Origin: Sphyrna mokarran
Lineage: Eukaryota
Length of the DNA: 64,000 bases
Assembly (NCBI GenBank): GCA_024679065.1
Contig: JAGIQG010000014.1
Location: 9,610,001 to 9,674,000, forward strand
Direction of reading: 5' to 3'
A program made the position numbers and the translations under genes. The notes under the pieces are model-generated. The model was given only the letters and a program-made list of their open reading frames with translations, did no database searches and was not told where the DNA came from. Below, piece by piece: positions 35,900-48,930 of this stretch (position 1 is the first letter of the stretch; each line of letters opens with the position of its first letter).

Positions 35900-38750
35900 T
35901 AGTACAGTTTTTGAGGGCAACTCCTGGGATCCATTGGGATCCATCTCTAAAGTTCCATATATAGATGGTATCCCTTGGTTTGAAGGTCCTCTCGGGCTTC
36001 TGCCCATCGTTAAGTTTTGTTTTCTTCATTTTTTTTCTTAAGATTCATCAGTTTGATAAAAGCATGCTAAGTCTAGCCCGAAGGTGTTAGCACATCAATA
36101 CTTCAAATAGGGCTACTCACATTGCCATGTGTGGGGCATTGTCTTATAACTGAAAATGAAACATGCAAATTTCACTTCCAAGGAGCCATCATTTGTTATC
36201 TGCTGTTGTTTCTGAATCGCTAATCTGCTCACTCAGCCAAACCATTTGAAAATAGGTGATATGGTGTTATGCAGATATACCTCACTGCATTCGTGTTCAT
36301 GAAGGTTTGAAACTCCCACTGGTAAATGGAGTCCCGTTGTTCATTACAAAAAGCTCGGATAAACCAAGCATGCAAAAGAGATTGCTGAAGTTTTTCCTGT
36401 TTTATTGCAAGAGGTGACAGACATCATTTGGTGCATGGTGATCCATTTTAAATGGACAATTATAAAAAGTAGGCATGTGGAGCGCATAAATGGCCCTCCA
36501 AATTCTGCATGCATCCACACTCAGGGGCTCCCCAGTCATTCCCAAAAGTGCAACCAGAATGCTGGTGGGACTTTCTGGTTTCACTGGCAGTTTTTGCACA
36601 GTTTGATCAGGTTTTTGATGCCAGAAATAGTCACCAGAAATAGTTTCTTTGAAACATTTTCATTTTAGGAATTCCTGGGTGGCCGTGTGCAATTTGTGGA
36701 CTATTTATCACTAGCCATGTGACAAGCAAACTAACCGGACTCCCATAAGATGATGCACTTTCAATGTTCAGCTCTTCGTATTTGGAAATATAAGATTTTA
36801 AATACTCCGTAGGAAACCCTTATGGCTCACCACAAAGCTTATGACATAGCTTTGTCAACACTTGGGACCAAACCTGAATTTGCTTGCCAGATATGGGCAA
36901 TATCCTTGAAGTTCATAGTCATGATGACTTCAGCAATGTTTGAGGTGAGGCAAACTGGTGGGTAGTGGCATCTGGTTCAAGAGATAGGTATTGGCTATAT
37001 GTCTCCCAGAATGGTGTTTTAAAGTGTATTCATAGACACCCAGTAACAGTGTACAACATTGGATCTGGGCTGATGCAATGGCAGAAATCACCTTGTATTC
37101 CGTGAAGAGACCCAACAGAGATTTGTGATCAATTACTATGATGAAATGCTGACAGTAGACATACTGATGGAAAACGTTCACCGCAAACACTAAGGTGAAA
37201 CTTTCATTTTCAATCTGGCCATACTTCTTCTCTGAATCTCCCTGCAATCTTGTTACATATGTGATTGCACATTTTATCTCATCTTCACAATGTGATACTA
37301 CTACCTGTAGCCTATATGAGGGGGTGTCACAGGGTACAATGAATCAGAGAGTCATTATGGAACAGTATATTTGTGACAGCAATTCTTGTTTGACGTTTTC
37401 AAAGAGTTTCTCTTTTGGCTTTCGCCTGTTTTGACTGTTTTGCCTATTTTTGGCTGTTGTTCTTTAACACTACATGGAGGTGTCTCAATAAGGTCATCAC
37501 ATTTTGTATGAATTTATCACCATAGTTTATGAACCCTAAGAATGACTTCAGCCCAGTTGTGTTCTTTGAATTCAGAAGCCCATTTATTCCCTTCACCTTC
37601 TCTTCAACAGAGTGCAGTCCACCCTTATCAAGTTTGTGCCTGAGATACATTACCTCGTTGACCAGGAACACATCTTTATTTTCCCTTTTTACTCAGACAC
37701 CATCTTCAGAAACCAATCATAAGACCTCCTCCAAACTTCTCTTTGTAGTAACTCCTGAGATTAAAATGTCACCCAGATGGACTGTCATTCTGGGCACTCC
37801 TGGGAAGATGTTCTCTATCACCATTTGAAAAAAACAGCCCTTGCTGAAGACACTGCAAAGGATGTGACCGTACTCATATGATCAGTTGTGATTATTTATA
37901 GTGGCATACTTATTGGATAAAGCCTCAAACTCCAGATGGAGGTAGGTGTGGCTCATGTCTAATTTGGAAAATATGTAAACCCCACCTCAGCCCCTCCACC
38001 CATCCCCAACCCCAACTAGCTTTACAGAAAAGTCTTCTATGTGCAGAATAGGATATCTGTCTAAGTGGGAGGGTCTGTTGACCGTCAACTTATAATTCCC
38101 ACAGAGATAGGTCATGATCTCTGGTTTTGAAATTGGGATGACTGGCACAGCCCATTCAGCAAATTGAACTGGGTGTATAGTGCCAAGTTTTTCTCAATAT
38201 TCTAATTTGGCCTCTAGATTGACATATAGGGCACAAGGGATTGGCCTCGAAATGTCTTGAAGCATTTTGATCAGATCTCTGTGTCCGCATAGATCTGCCA
38301 GGATATTGCCCATATCTGGCAAGCCTGACTGCCTGAATCTTTCCTTGACCTCTTGGAATGCTTTGGGACATTTCCCATTGGCTTTGTATAAATTTCCTGT
38401 ACATATTTTAAAAATATGTTGCCAATCCATGTGGATTTTCTGTAGCCCGCCCCTTCCAAAAGATCTTTGGTTCTTGCAAAACTATTGGGAGGAGGTGGAC
38501 TGCCTGTTGTCCATGTGCACCGAGGATTACAGTGGTCCAAACATTATGTGAGGGCTCCCCTGTTTATGTGACCAATCTAGCCTTAGTGTCCCACAGGCTT
38601 AAAGGCAATATACCCCATTGAAATCGCCCAAAGAATTGTTCTGCAATAATAAATCTAATGCTCCTGTCATGTCTAGGTGTGACCATTCACCTGAAGGCTA
38701 ATCTGGATTAATTTAGTTGTGGCAATGCAATGTAGCTTCATGAATTCCTC
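35900..38750 (-). mobile_element. Decayed Ty3/Gypsy pol (RT, RNase H, integrase)
   Basis: ORF 36930-37247 (KKYGQIE.E....FAV..FHQYVY..HF....DHK.LLGLF; RNase H), 37444-37671 (LKSFLG.INY; RT), 38194-38430 (RPIP.AL); integrase remnants near 36400-36600. Confidence 0.85.
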
Positions 38751-39029
38751 CTCCTCAAGCTGACTTATTTGCAAAGACTTGTCTTGATGTGTCTTCGCTG
38801 GCTATATAGATTGTGCCTGTTTTAGTAGCATTATCCGGAGCGGGCTCTATGACTACAAGTGCAACACAACTGTGGTTCTTCTCACTGTTGTGGAGAGATT
38901 TTCTGCCTAGTTCTAGAACCCTGTGGTCTTCAACTCCAACCGAATTTCTTGGCAATAAATGGCAGGCACAAGTGTGATCTGCTGGGGACTTGGATCCACA
39001 GTCTGGGCTTAAAAAGAGGTCATTCAGCC

Positions 39030-39320
39030 TATTTTGCTGGCATGGCCTCTTTGAAAGAGCTTTCCAATTAGCCCCACTCCTCTTTCCTTTCTCCATAATT
39101 CTGTAACCTCTTGGCATCACAGATTTATTGAAATCTACTTTGAAAGTCATTATTGAATCTGCTTCCATCATCCTTTTAGGCAGTGAATTTCCAATCAAAG
39201 CAGTCTGCTATATTAAAGAAACACTACCCATTCTGATCTTCAATCCTCCTCTGAATACTTTACCAATTTTCTGTCGTCTGGTTGTTGTCTTTTCTTTCAA
39301 AGGAAACAGATTATTCTCAT
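39030..39320 (-). mobile_element. Old CR1 3' fragment
   Basis: The N-terminus of ORF 38755-39198 (NSLPKRMMEADSIMTFK) is a CR1 C-terminal motif. Confidence 0.65.
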
Positions 39321-39723
39321 TTACTTTAGCACCAAACTACTTTTGTCAATACCCCAGATATGTTCTGATCAGTTATTCAGAAAATTTCAGCACATTCCCC
39401 CCTTCTGGTTTCAAACACATTGCAGGTGCGAAGCTAATGGATTCAACATTGCTCTTCAACGATGTGCTCAATAAGAACTTTGCCTGCCACTGATACAGAA
39501 TCTAGATCTGAACTCACTGTCTTTGGCATGACAGATTTGCAATAGGAAAATCTACTTCTGGTTAATGAACAGTACGCACCTCTCCATCAGGGAAATAAAT
39601 CATAGGCTCCTGCATGACAGGTGGGGATATTAGCCACTGTATTAACAAGAATTATTTGCAAATGGATTAAGACTGATCACTGAAAAATTCAATTTCTGCA
39701 ACTCACAAAATCCGCCTAATTAT

Positions 39724-39997
39724 AAAGTTTACTTATTATTCACAAGTAAGTCTTACATTAACTGTAATTAAGTCATTCTGAAATTCTCTTAGTTGTCACA
39801 GTGTGGAGCCTATTAGGGTCAATGCACTAACCATCAAGTCTTTCAGATTTTGGAAAGAAACCAGAGCACCCAGAGAACACCATGCAGCCATGGGGAGAAC
39901 GTGCAAACTCCATACAGTGACCCAAGGCAGGAATCGAACTTGGGTCCTTGACACTGTGAGGCAGCAGTGCTGACAATTGTGTCACCGTGCTGCACCA
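39724..39997 (-). mobile_element. HE1-like V-SINE
   Basis: Antisense of the tRNA-like head (ggaatcgaac...cactgtgaggcagcagtgct) and V-domain. Confidence 0.8.
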
Positions 39998-40189
39998 TAT
40001 TAACGACCATCAGTCTTATCTAGACTTGTCATAAATGCCTACACGTCTCGGGATTTTCCCATCAATCTCTTTGTCCTTGTTATAAAATTGTTGTTAAAAG
40101 TAATACACACCAAATCCACTTAATCTCTTATTTGTTGGCCTGTGCACTCCCTCTTGAACAATCTAAGCCTCATCAAATATTCCCCCTAT

Positions 40190-40290
40190 TTAACTTTGAA
40201 GAAGAGTCATACGGAGTCAAAACGTTAGCTCTGATTTGTTCTCCACAGATGCTGCCAGAGCTGTTGGTTCATTCCAGCATTTTCTGTGTC
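40190..40290 (+). mobile_element. Second Penelope-family terminal fragment with decayed hammerhead core
   Basis: TTGAAGA-AGAGTC-ATACG-GAGTC-AAAACGTT (a decayed CTGANGA...GAAAC), then 'ctccacagatgctgccaga...ttccagcattt'. Confidence 0.55.
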
Positions 40291-40859
40291 ATCTTTTTAT
40301 TATACTGACACATTCACCCACTATGAATGGCAACCACCCACAGTCTACATTCACTGATTAGGGGAAAAGGTTGAGCAATTTCCATCTTCACCATCTCAAG
40401 ATGTATCCTGAGCATCTCAATGTCAACAACTCAGGATGCACTAGTCCTAATTGCATTAGCATTGATTCATTTGGAACTCGATAATGCTGGCTCAGTCACA
40501 TGCATTGGACAGAATGGGTGGATGATGCTTGTAAACTCAGACACTTTCTGTATGGTGAACTTGCCAACCAGTAACAATATTTTGGTCACCAAGGGCTCCA
40601 CTTTAAGCAAGATATGAAGGAATGGACAGTGACATTTACAATAAACGTCACCACTGGGTATAACCTGTGAAGCTGACTGCTCGGAAGGTTTTGGAAGAGG
40701 TATAAAGCAAAGAAAGCTTAGCAGGCCGAGTAAAGGGCAGAGAAAACAGGGCTTAGTGAACCCTGCACTTCTTATTCCACTGTTTCCCTCTGCAGCAAAT
40801 ACAGCAGAGACCACCATGACAGAATAAGAAACCTCAGCTACATGAGGTAATGTTTACCA

Positions 40860-41155
40860 GAGTTGACCATGCTTTAACATTCAGTAGCATTACCATCATT
40901 GAATCCCACTATCAATATCCTTGGGTGTTACCGAACTGCAACAGCCTTATAAATGGTGTTGCTTCAAAAGTTAGTCAGAGGCTATGAATTCTGTGGTATG
41001 TACCCAAGCCTCCCCAAAGCTTGTCCACCATCTCCAAATCATAAGTGAGGAGTGTGATGATGTACTTTCCACTTGCCTGGATGAGTGCAACTCCAATAAC
41101 TCAAGAAGCTTGTGATCATCCAGGAAAAAGAAGCCCAGTTGATGGGCACCCCTTC
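40860..41155 (+). mobile_element. Old CR1/L2-group LINE fragment
   Basis: Homologous to 20090-20815. Confidence 0.65.
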
Positions 41156-41223
41156 CAAAAATTTTTATTCGTTGTGGGACATGGGCATCGCTGCTTGCCA
41201 GCATTTATTCTCCATCCCTTTTA

Positions 41224-41520
41224 GGCAGCATGGTGGCACAGTGGTTGGCACTGCTGCCTCACAGCGCCAGGGACCCAGGTTCAATTTCTGGCTTGGGTCA
41301 CTGTCTGTGTGGAGTCTGCACATTCACCCTGTGCCTGCGTGGTTTTCCTTCAGGCGCTCTTGTTTCCTTCCACAGTCCAAAGATGTGCAATAGAGGTTCA
41401 TTGGCCATGCTGAATTCTCCCTCAGTGTACCTACCCAGGCGCCGGAGTGTGGCAACTCAGGGATTTTCACAGTAACTTCATTGCAGTGTTAATGCAATCC
41501 AACTTATGACTAGTAAATAC
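41224..41520 (+). mobile_element. HE1-like tRNA-derived V-SINE, full length
   Basis: A box (TGGCACAGTGG), B box (GGTTCAATTTC), V-domain 'gtctgtgtggagt.tgcacattc...tttccttccacagtccaaagatgtgc', and a LINE-like tail. Confidence 0.88.
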
Positions 41521-41612
41521 ATTTTACCATCACTTTAGTATCCTGAGACAGATGAAAGTCAACACATTACTGTGGCTCTGGAATCACATGTAGGCTAGAT
41601 CAGATTTTGTTC

Positions 41613-42958
41613 CCTGGGCAAAGTATTGGAGAGAATTATTAGGGATAGGATTTATAGTTATTTAGAGAGAAATGAATTGATTGGGGATAGTCAGCATGGT
41701 TTTGTGAAGGGTAGGTCGTGCCTTACTAACCTCATTGAGTTTTTTGAAAAAGTGACCAAAGAGGTGGATGGGGGTAAGGCGGTTGATGTGGTATATATGG
41801 ACTTTAGTAAGGCGTTTGATAAGGTGGCCCATGGAAGACTTCTGCAGAAAATGCAGATGTATGGGATAGAGGGTGATTTAGCTAATTGGGTTAGGAATTG
41901 GCTAGCAGATAGAAGACAGAGGGTGGTGGTTGATGGGAGATATTCATCGTGGAGTTCGGTGACAAGTGGTGTACCTCAGGGGTCTGTTTTGGGGCCCCTG
42001 CTGTTTGTAATTTTTATAAATGATCTGGATGAGGGTATTGAAGGATGGATTAGTAAATTTGCAGATGACACTAAAGTCGGTGGAGTGGTAGATAGTGAAG
42101 AGGGTGTTATAGTTTGCAGAGAGACTTGGACAAGTTGCAGAGCTGGGCCGAGAGGTGGCAAATGGAGTTTAATGTGGAAAAGTGTGAGGTAATGCACTAT
42201 GGCAGGAATAATAAATGTGTAGAGTATAGGGCTAATGGTAGGATTCTTAATAATGTTGATGAACAGAGGGATCTTGGTGTGTATGTGCATAGATCCCTGA
42301 AAGTAGGCAGTCAAGTCGATAAGGTTGTTAAGAAGGCATATGGAGTCTTAGCTTTTATTGGTAGGGGGATTGAATTTCGGAGCCGCAACGTCATGTTACA
42401 ACTGTACAAAACTCTAGTGCGGCCGCACTTGGAGTATTGTGTGCAGTTCTGGTCCCCACATTATAAGAAAGATGTGGAGGCATTGGAGAGGGTACAGAGG
42501 AGGTTTACCAGGATGTTGCCTGGTATGGAGGGCAGGTCTTACGAAGAGAGGCTGAGGGATTTGAGGTTGTTTTCGTTAGAAAGGAGGCGGCTAAGAGGGG
42601 ACCTAATCGAAACATATAAGATGATTAGAGGTTTAAATAGGGTGGACAGTGATAGCCTTTTTCCTAGGATGGAGAAAGCTAGCACGAGGGGACACAGCTT
42701 TAAATTAAGGGGTGATAGTTATAGGACGGATATCAGAGGTAGGTTCTTTACCCAAAGGGTGGTTCGGGAGTGGAATGCCCTGCCTGCAGCAGTTGTAGAT
42801 GCGCCAAGTTTGGTGGCGTTTAAGAGGGTAGTTGATAAGTATATGGAAGAGAAGGGAATGGTTTAGTTTGGAGGGGCATTGCTTTTTATGTTGGTCGGCG
42901 CAACATCGAAGGCCGAAGGGCCTGTTCTGTGCTGTAATGTTCTATGCTCTATGTTCTA
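41613..42958 (+). mobile_element. Young CR1 LINE, 5'-truncated RT (one frameshift near 42100)
   Basis: ORFs 41626-42192 and 42114-42866 ([25 protein letters not shown]). Confidence 0.97.
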
Positions 42959-43585
42959 AGTCGATAAGGTTGTTAAGAAGGCATACGGAGTCTTAGCTTT
43001 TATTGGTAGGGGGATTGAATTTCGGAGCCATAACGTCATGTTGCAACTGCACAAAACTCTGGTGTGGCCGCACTTGGAGTATTGTGTGCAGTTCTGGTCC
43101 CCACATTATGAGAAAGATGTGGAGGCATTGGAGAGGGTACAGAGGAGGTTTACCAGGATGTTGCCTGGTATGGAGGGCAGGTCTTATGAGGAGAGGCTGA
43201 GGGATTTGAGGTTGTTTTCGTTAGAAAGGAGGCGGCTAAGAGGAGACCTTATCGAAACATATAAGATGATTAGAGGTTTAGATAGGGTGGACAGTGATAG
43301 CCTTTTTCCTAGAATGGAGAAAGCTAGCATGAGGGGACACAGCTTTAAATTAAGGGGTGATAGTTATAGGACGGATATCAGGGGTAGGTTCTTTACCCAG
43401 AGGGTGGTTCAGGAGTAGAATGCCCTGCCTGCGACAGCTGTAGATGCACCAAGTTTGGTGGCATTTAAGAGGTTAGTTGATAAGTTTATGGAAAAGAAGG
43501 GAATGGTTTAGTTTGGAGGGTCATTGCTTTTTTTTCATAATTGGTCGGCGCAACATCGAAGGCCGAAGGGCCTGTTCTGCGCTGT
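42959..43585 (+). mobile_element. Second young CR1 3' segment, directly in tandem
   Basis: Restarts at 'aagtcgataaggttg' (as at 42313); ORF 43038-43418; has its own tail. Confidence 0.95.
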
Positions 43586-43814
43586 AATGTTCTATAATTC
43601 TATAATAACTAGTCTTTAAAACTTCAAGAAAGATAATTAGGAGAGTATGAAGTAAGTGCTGGCAAAACTAAATAGAAAATTAGATTAAGGGATAGGTAAT
43701 GAAAATGCAGTGGCAGATATTTCATAACACATAACAAAGATACATTCTAGAAAGAAGGAAAGACTCCAGGGGAGGAATATGCCATCAGTGGGTAATTAAG
43801 AAAGTGGAAGATTC

Positions 43815-44050
43815 TGATTTGATTTATTTTTGTCACGCATTGGTGTGCAGTGAAAAGTATTGTTTCTTGCATGCTATACAGACAAAGCATGCTGTTCAAA
43901 GAATACATAAGAGAGAAGGGAAGGAGGGGGTGCAGAATGTAGTCTTACAGTTATAGCTATGGTTTAGAGGAAGATCAAATTAATACAAGGTAGTCCATTC
44001 AAAAGCTTGATGGGAATAGGGAAGGAGATGTTTTTGAGTTGGTACGTGAC
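43815..44050 (-). mobile_element. Rex1-like LINE 3' end
   Basis: Homologous to 18047-18292. Confidence 0.65.
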
Positions 44051-44152
44051 TTCAGACTTTTATATTTTTTCCCAATTGAAGAAGGTGGAAGAGAGTATGT
44101 CCAGGGTATGTGGGTTCTTTATTACACTGGTTACTTTCCTGACCTTTTGCTG

Positions 44153-47100
44153 GGCCCTCAGGGACAAAGTCCTAAACTCCCATCACCCACTGCTGCTGCC
44201 CCTCTGTTTGGGGCCCTCTGTTTGGGGCCCTCCTGACTTGGGGCACTAGCCCACCTCAATGCCTTGTCCCTCATCCTCCTTATCCATTCCTCTATTTTCC
44301 TCTCTGAAACCAGGGAGAGAGCACCCAAATCCACACCCATTCCACCCTCCCTCATTCTGTCTCCATCCCCTTGAACACTTGGACAAGAACCCCCTCCCCC
44401 TCCCACCATACCCACACGCCCTTCCCTCTTTACTCCCTCTCTGAGCATCCCGTGAAGGCTAAAAAGTACCTCCCCCAACCCTCCCTCCATCCACATGGAA
44501 ACAAATTAAAAAAGAACACATCTAGATTGTCTCGGGGTGGACATAGCATCCTTTGAAAACATGGCAACTATGTAATTATTGCTGATAGCAGGGCCTTCTC
44601 AGCCACATATATGGGAGCGTCAGCATCAAAAACCTGCCACTCCAAAGGCCCTGCCACCTTTCAGCCGAATCACAAAGAAACTTGGGATCAAGTACTACGC
44701 CCATCCCATAACCATTGAGGCCTGTGTTAGGGCAATTGCTGGGGTTACTGCCCTCTCAGCCATTGTAGTGGACTCAAAAATGTACAGTAAGGCTGTATTC
44801 CTCCTGAAGGCTGAGCAGGCAGTTCACCTCTAGAAAAGAGGATTATGGTGGGTGGTATGTTCCTGGTGATGGACCTTCTGGAGGCCGTTGCCTCAAGGAT
44901 CATTCTTTCAAACATCTGACTTTTATCCCTATGGAGCTCCTCCATCTGCAGGGGGAGATCAGGTCCAGGGAAGTGTTGATCCCACTCTGCCTTCAGGAAC
45001 CTGCCCTCCGACACACATACTCTTCCGGCGCCAGTATTTATCCACCTGGCTCAGGAAGAGTGCGTGGAAGGGACTCCTTGGGGCCAGGTGCCCTTCGATG
45101 GATTAATGTACCAGGTCTTCTGGTCCATGGTATCATGTGTGTAAGGAGATGTGACATGTCATTAAGAACTACCCTGCTTCCAAGGCTGCCAACCCCCACT
45201 GCCAACCTCCATCTGTTCTAGGATCTAATCCACCATTGACAGAAGGGTGGCCGCAGCTGGCAACTCAGCTTCCTCTTGCCCTAGAGGGGTACCACCTGTC
45301 ACCCCGCAAGGGGAGACCAAACCGGCAGCTGCTACCATCTTAGTTGTCAGAGGGAGGGAGGGGAGCATCCATGTGGCCAGAAGGCTATGAAAAAGGAAAA
45401 AAAAGGGAGAATGGAGCATTGACTCCCACTATCCCAGTCACTCTGGCAGCTGGTTCAGGGAAAGAAATCATTTCCAGCCCCCTCCCAAACCATTAAACGA
45501 GCCAATTAATGCCACAGCATCCTATGCTGGGCCCAGCAATGCAAGTGCCATGGCAGGGTACATGACCCCAAGCCAGCATGAGCAACACCTCTGAGGGAGG
45601 GGAAGGGGAAGCCCAAGGAGCAGGGCGGGAAGGGAAGAGGCAGAATGCAAAGAGCATTCCCTGCCAACAGGATGCCCCTCAAGAAAGGGTGCTACACTTC
45701 AGGGGAAGGCAACCCCAAAATCAATGGAACCCCCTCTTCAAGCATAGGCAAATCTGCCTCTTTTACATCATCCTGCCCCCATCTGTTTGTGCGCTTTGTC
45801 CCAGAGCGGGGGTAAGAAAAACAAGAAAAAGATTAAGCATCTGCTGCAGTCCCCCAAGTGGGACTCCCCAGGGCCAGGTACAAGCAAGACTCTCGTGGTT
45901 CTGTTTTGCCCGATGCAATTTAGCAACCCAGAGGAGTTCATTTTTCGACCACTGGAGGATGGAAGCAGCACCCTGTCATTTATGTCCTTGGGTGATGAGG
46001 GTAAAGAAGCCCGCCCCACCCAATGCCACACCCCCAACCTTTGATGCTGGTTATGCCTGCGCTCCAACTGGAGTTCTTTCTGGACTTGTGGGGTGTCCTG
46101 GCGTCTGGGAGAGAACAGGGAACTGAACTTCCACCACCCTCGGCCCCAGAAGTAAGGGAGGAACCCAAAGGGAACCCTCATCCTTCAATCCTGGGGAAGG
46201 GATCGAGGGAAATTAGATTAGTGGCTCTGTGCTGCCTGCTGTACACACTGCAGCAGGAGATATAGAATCTGAGGGTGACTACCCTGAGGAGGAGAGCTAT
46301 TTGATGGAGCAAAGCAGGGGACTCCCTTGTGACCCGTATCAAATCACCCCTCATCCCCCCAGGGGAACTCAGGGTAAGGAGACAGTCTGGTCACTTTGAT
46401 AGTGTCCAACTGGCCCTCGGCTGTTAGTTGGACCTGGTGTTACTCATCTAGTCCAGGCAAGCCTACTCACAGGCAATGACTAGTCCTACACGTCCCTGGG
46501 CCGCCCCATCCATAGTAACCTCCATCTGTTCTAGGATCTAATCCACCATTGACAGAAGGCTGATCTGTTGAACGCCTTCCTGTCTCTTGATCAGGAGAAG
46601 ATGTTCGACAGGGTAGATCACAAATATCTGACTCTGTGAGGTTTGACTCTGTGAGGGCTGGGCATCAGGATGGTCCTGTCGACTTATGCAGATGACATGC
46701 TCATGTTCACGGACCCAGCTGACCTGCAGAAATGCTGGAATGCCAGCCCATGTATTCTGCTGTGTTCTCTGCCAGGATCAACTGCGCCAAGTGCTCCAGA
46801 CTCTTGGTCAGTCCATGGCAGATCCACCCCCTGATCTAGCCAAGTTCCCAGTCTCAATAGGGATCTTGGGTTCATGTTGCACGATCTGTAACCCCTATGA
46901 CTTGCCTGGGTTTGCAAAACCTCACTTACTGCACTTACTTACTTGGAAATAACATCTCTTTAACCTGTCCTCAGTGCTCCTTCCACTCACATTGTTCGCC
47001 ACTTTAAGACTTGAATAGCAGGTTAGGTGTAAGGAATCACATTCTAATCAGTAATCTGTAAACTGTCTGTGCTGTTATATGTGCTGTCTGAGACCAGAAC

Positions 47101-48930
47101 ACCTTGTTCACTGACGAAGAGCGTAACCTCGAGAGCTTGTGAGTTTACTATCAAATAAATCGATTGGACTTTAACCTGGTGTTGCAGCCTTCTTACTGTG
47201 AAATCCAGCCCCTCCCAGGGGAGTTCAGGCCTTTCATCTGAAGCAGGACCAGCTTCCTCTACTTGGGAGTCCATCTTTGCCTGGCTGAGGAATCCTCGCT
47301 GGCGAACTGGCAGGAGCTGGAGACTAAAGTCACTGCTCACCTGAATGGCAGACAGAGCTGCTCCGAGTTTTGCCTTACAGTTCTTGTCCTAAACCAGCTG
47401 ATTGCATCCCTGCTGTGGTATCTGCTGGTCACTGTGACCCTCTCCCTCTGACTTTGTCACAAACATCAAAAGAATCTTGTCTGGTTCTTCTGGAACAACA
47501 GACTGCAGTGGGTACCTGCTGAGGTTCTGTATTTCCCACTCAGAGACGGCAGTCAGGCACTGGTGTGCCTTCGCACCCAGGTGGTGACCTTCCACCTCCA
47601 GACCCTGCAGAGATATCATTACGTCGAGTCTTCTCTATGATGATGTGCCATGGCAATGTATTCTTTCTACTAGGTACACAGCCTGAATTATGAAGTGCAG
47701 CTCCTGTACGTAAATCTGGGGAACCTCCTTACAGGCATTGCCTGTCTCTTACCAGGTCCTTCTCAAAGTCTGGAGCATGGTCACCTCATGACGCAGCTCT
47801 TCCCCATCAGAATAGTGGCTATCATGTGACAGCCGCTGCTCAGGAAGCCACTCCTCAACCATGTAACTTCAGGTGGCTGGCAGAGAGGAGGGCCATGGAC
47901 GCCATGGTGAGCAGGATCGGGGATGTACTGGGTGGAGGAGGAATGGGCTGCATGAACTCTCCCAAGCGTTGGCTGAGCGCGTGAAAGTGGTCGTCTGGCA
48001 CACACCAAAGACCTTAGGGCAGACCTGTGGGCACACGTCATCGTGAGGAGGCACAACTCTGTGGTGGGGTCCCCCCGCCTAAGCATGCCCCTGCTCAGAC
48101 TGAATTTCATATTGGCCCAAGCCTTGAACCCCACCCCTCCATCCCCTCCCAGGTCAGGCTTCTGTCGCCTTGCGGAAATCCCTCCGTACCCTTTGCTACT
48201 ACATGAAGACATTTCCTCCAGGCTGCTGCTGCACACCTTCTATTACATGCCCTCCCCCATCGCTCGAATACACTTTGACAGGCCTTGTTGTCATTGGGTG
48301 GTGGAGGTCTCTGTACTGAGGAAATCTCCCCACTTTCTCGGGGACCTTGTCTGGAGTGTGTTGCATGCAGCAGTACCATCCAATTATAGGTTCATGGGCT
48401 CCAAAGTGTGTCCTTTTTTGCAACCTTGTGGATTCCGTGGACCATGTCTATCTTATATATTGTAGATTGTGCAGCCTTTTAGTTTTCTCAAAAATATTTC
48501 ATTGAGGTTTTATTTGCACTTCAGCCCCACACTCCTGATCTACAGGCACCAGGTAAAGACAGGCTGGGGAAGGAAGAGGACCTTCTCATGAACTTAATCC
48601 TTGGCCTAGCAAGGCGTATGTCCAGGCAGTGGATGTTCGAGGGGTTCATTCAACTTGACTATTTGTCTCTTTACTGCTGCTATATTCGCAGTTGGGTGTC
48701 CCTGGAAAGTGTGCATCTGGTGTTTGAGGGCACAGTTGATGCCTTCCATGCGTTTTGGGCACCAAAAGGACTGGGGTGTATTACTGACGTGTTTAATCAC
48801 ATTTTAATTTGATGTTTTAAGTTTCCTTTCCACTTTGTCTTTTGTTTCAGCCGGTTCCTCTTCTTTCCGGGAGCTCTGTTTGAGTTGTACCTGAGTGAAT
48901 TTGATTTTGTTTATTTGGTTGGGAAAAAAG
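44153..48930 (+). mobile_element. Decayed Tx1-clade (L1 group) non-LTR retrotransposon, copy 1 (5' UTR, ORF1, partial ORF2, 3' UTR)
   Basis: ORF1-like TKKLGIK...IEACVRAIA......IV..SKMY.KAVFLLK; ORF2 remnants NLHLF.DLIH, LDQEK.FDRVDH.Y, LGV.L.....NW.ELE.KV, LNQLIAS.LWY, LILGLA. Confidence 0.8.
47005..47200 (+). mobile_element. Penelope terminal fragment with degenerate hammerhead (47105-47143), nested in Tx1
   Basis: TTCA-CTGACGA-AGAG-CGTAAC-CTC-GAGA-GCTT-GTGAG, followed by the shared terminus. Confidence 0.7.
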
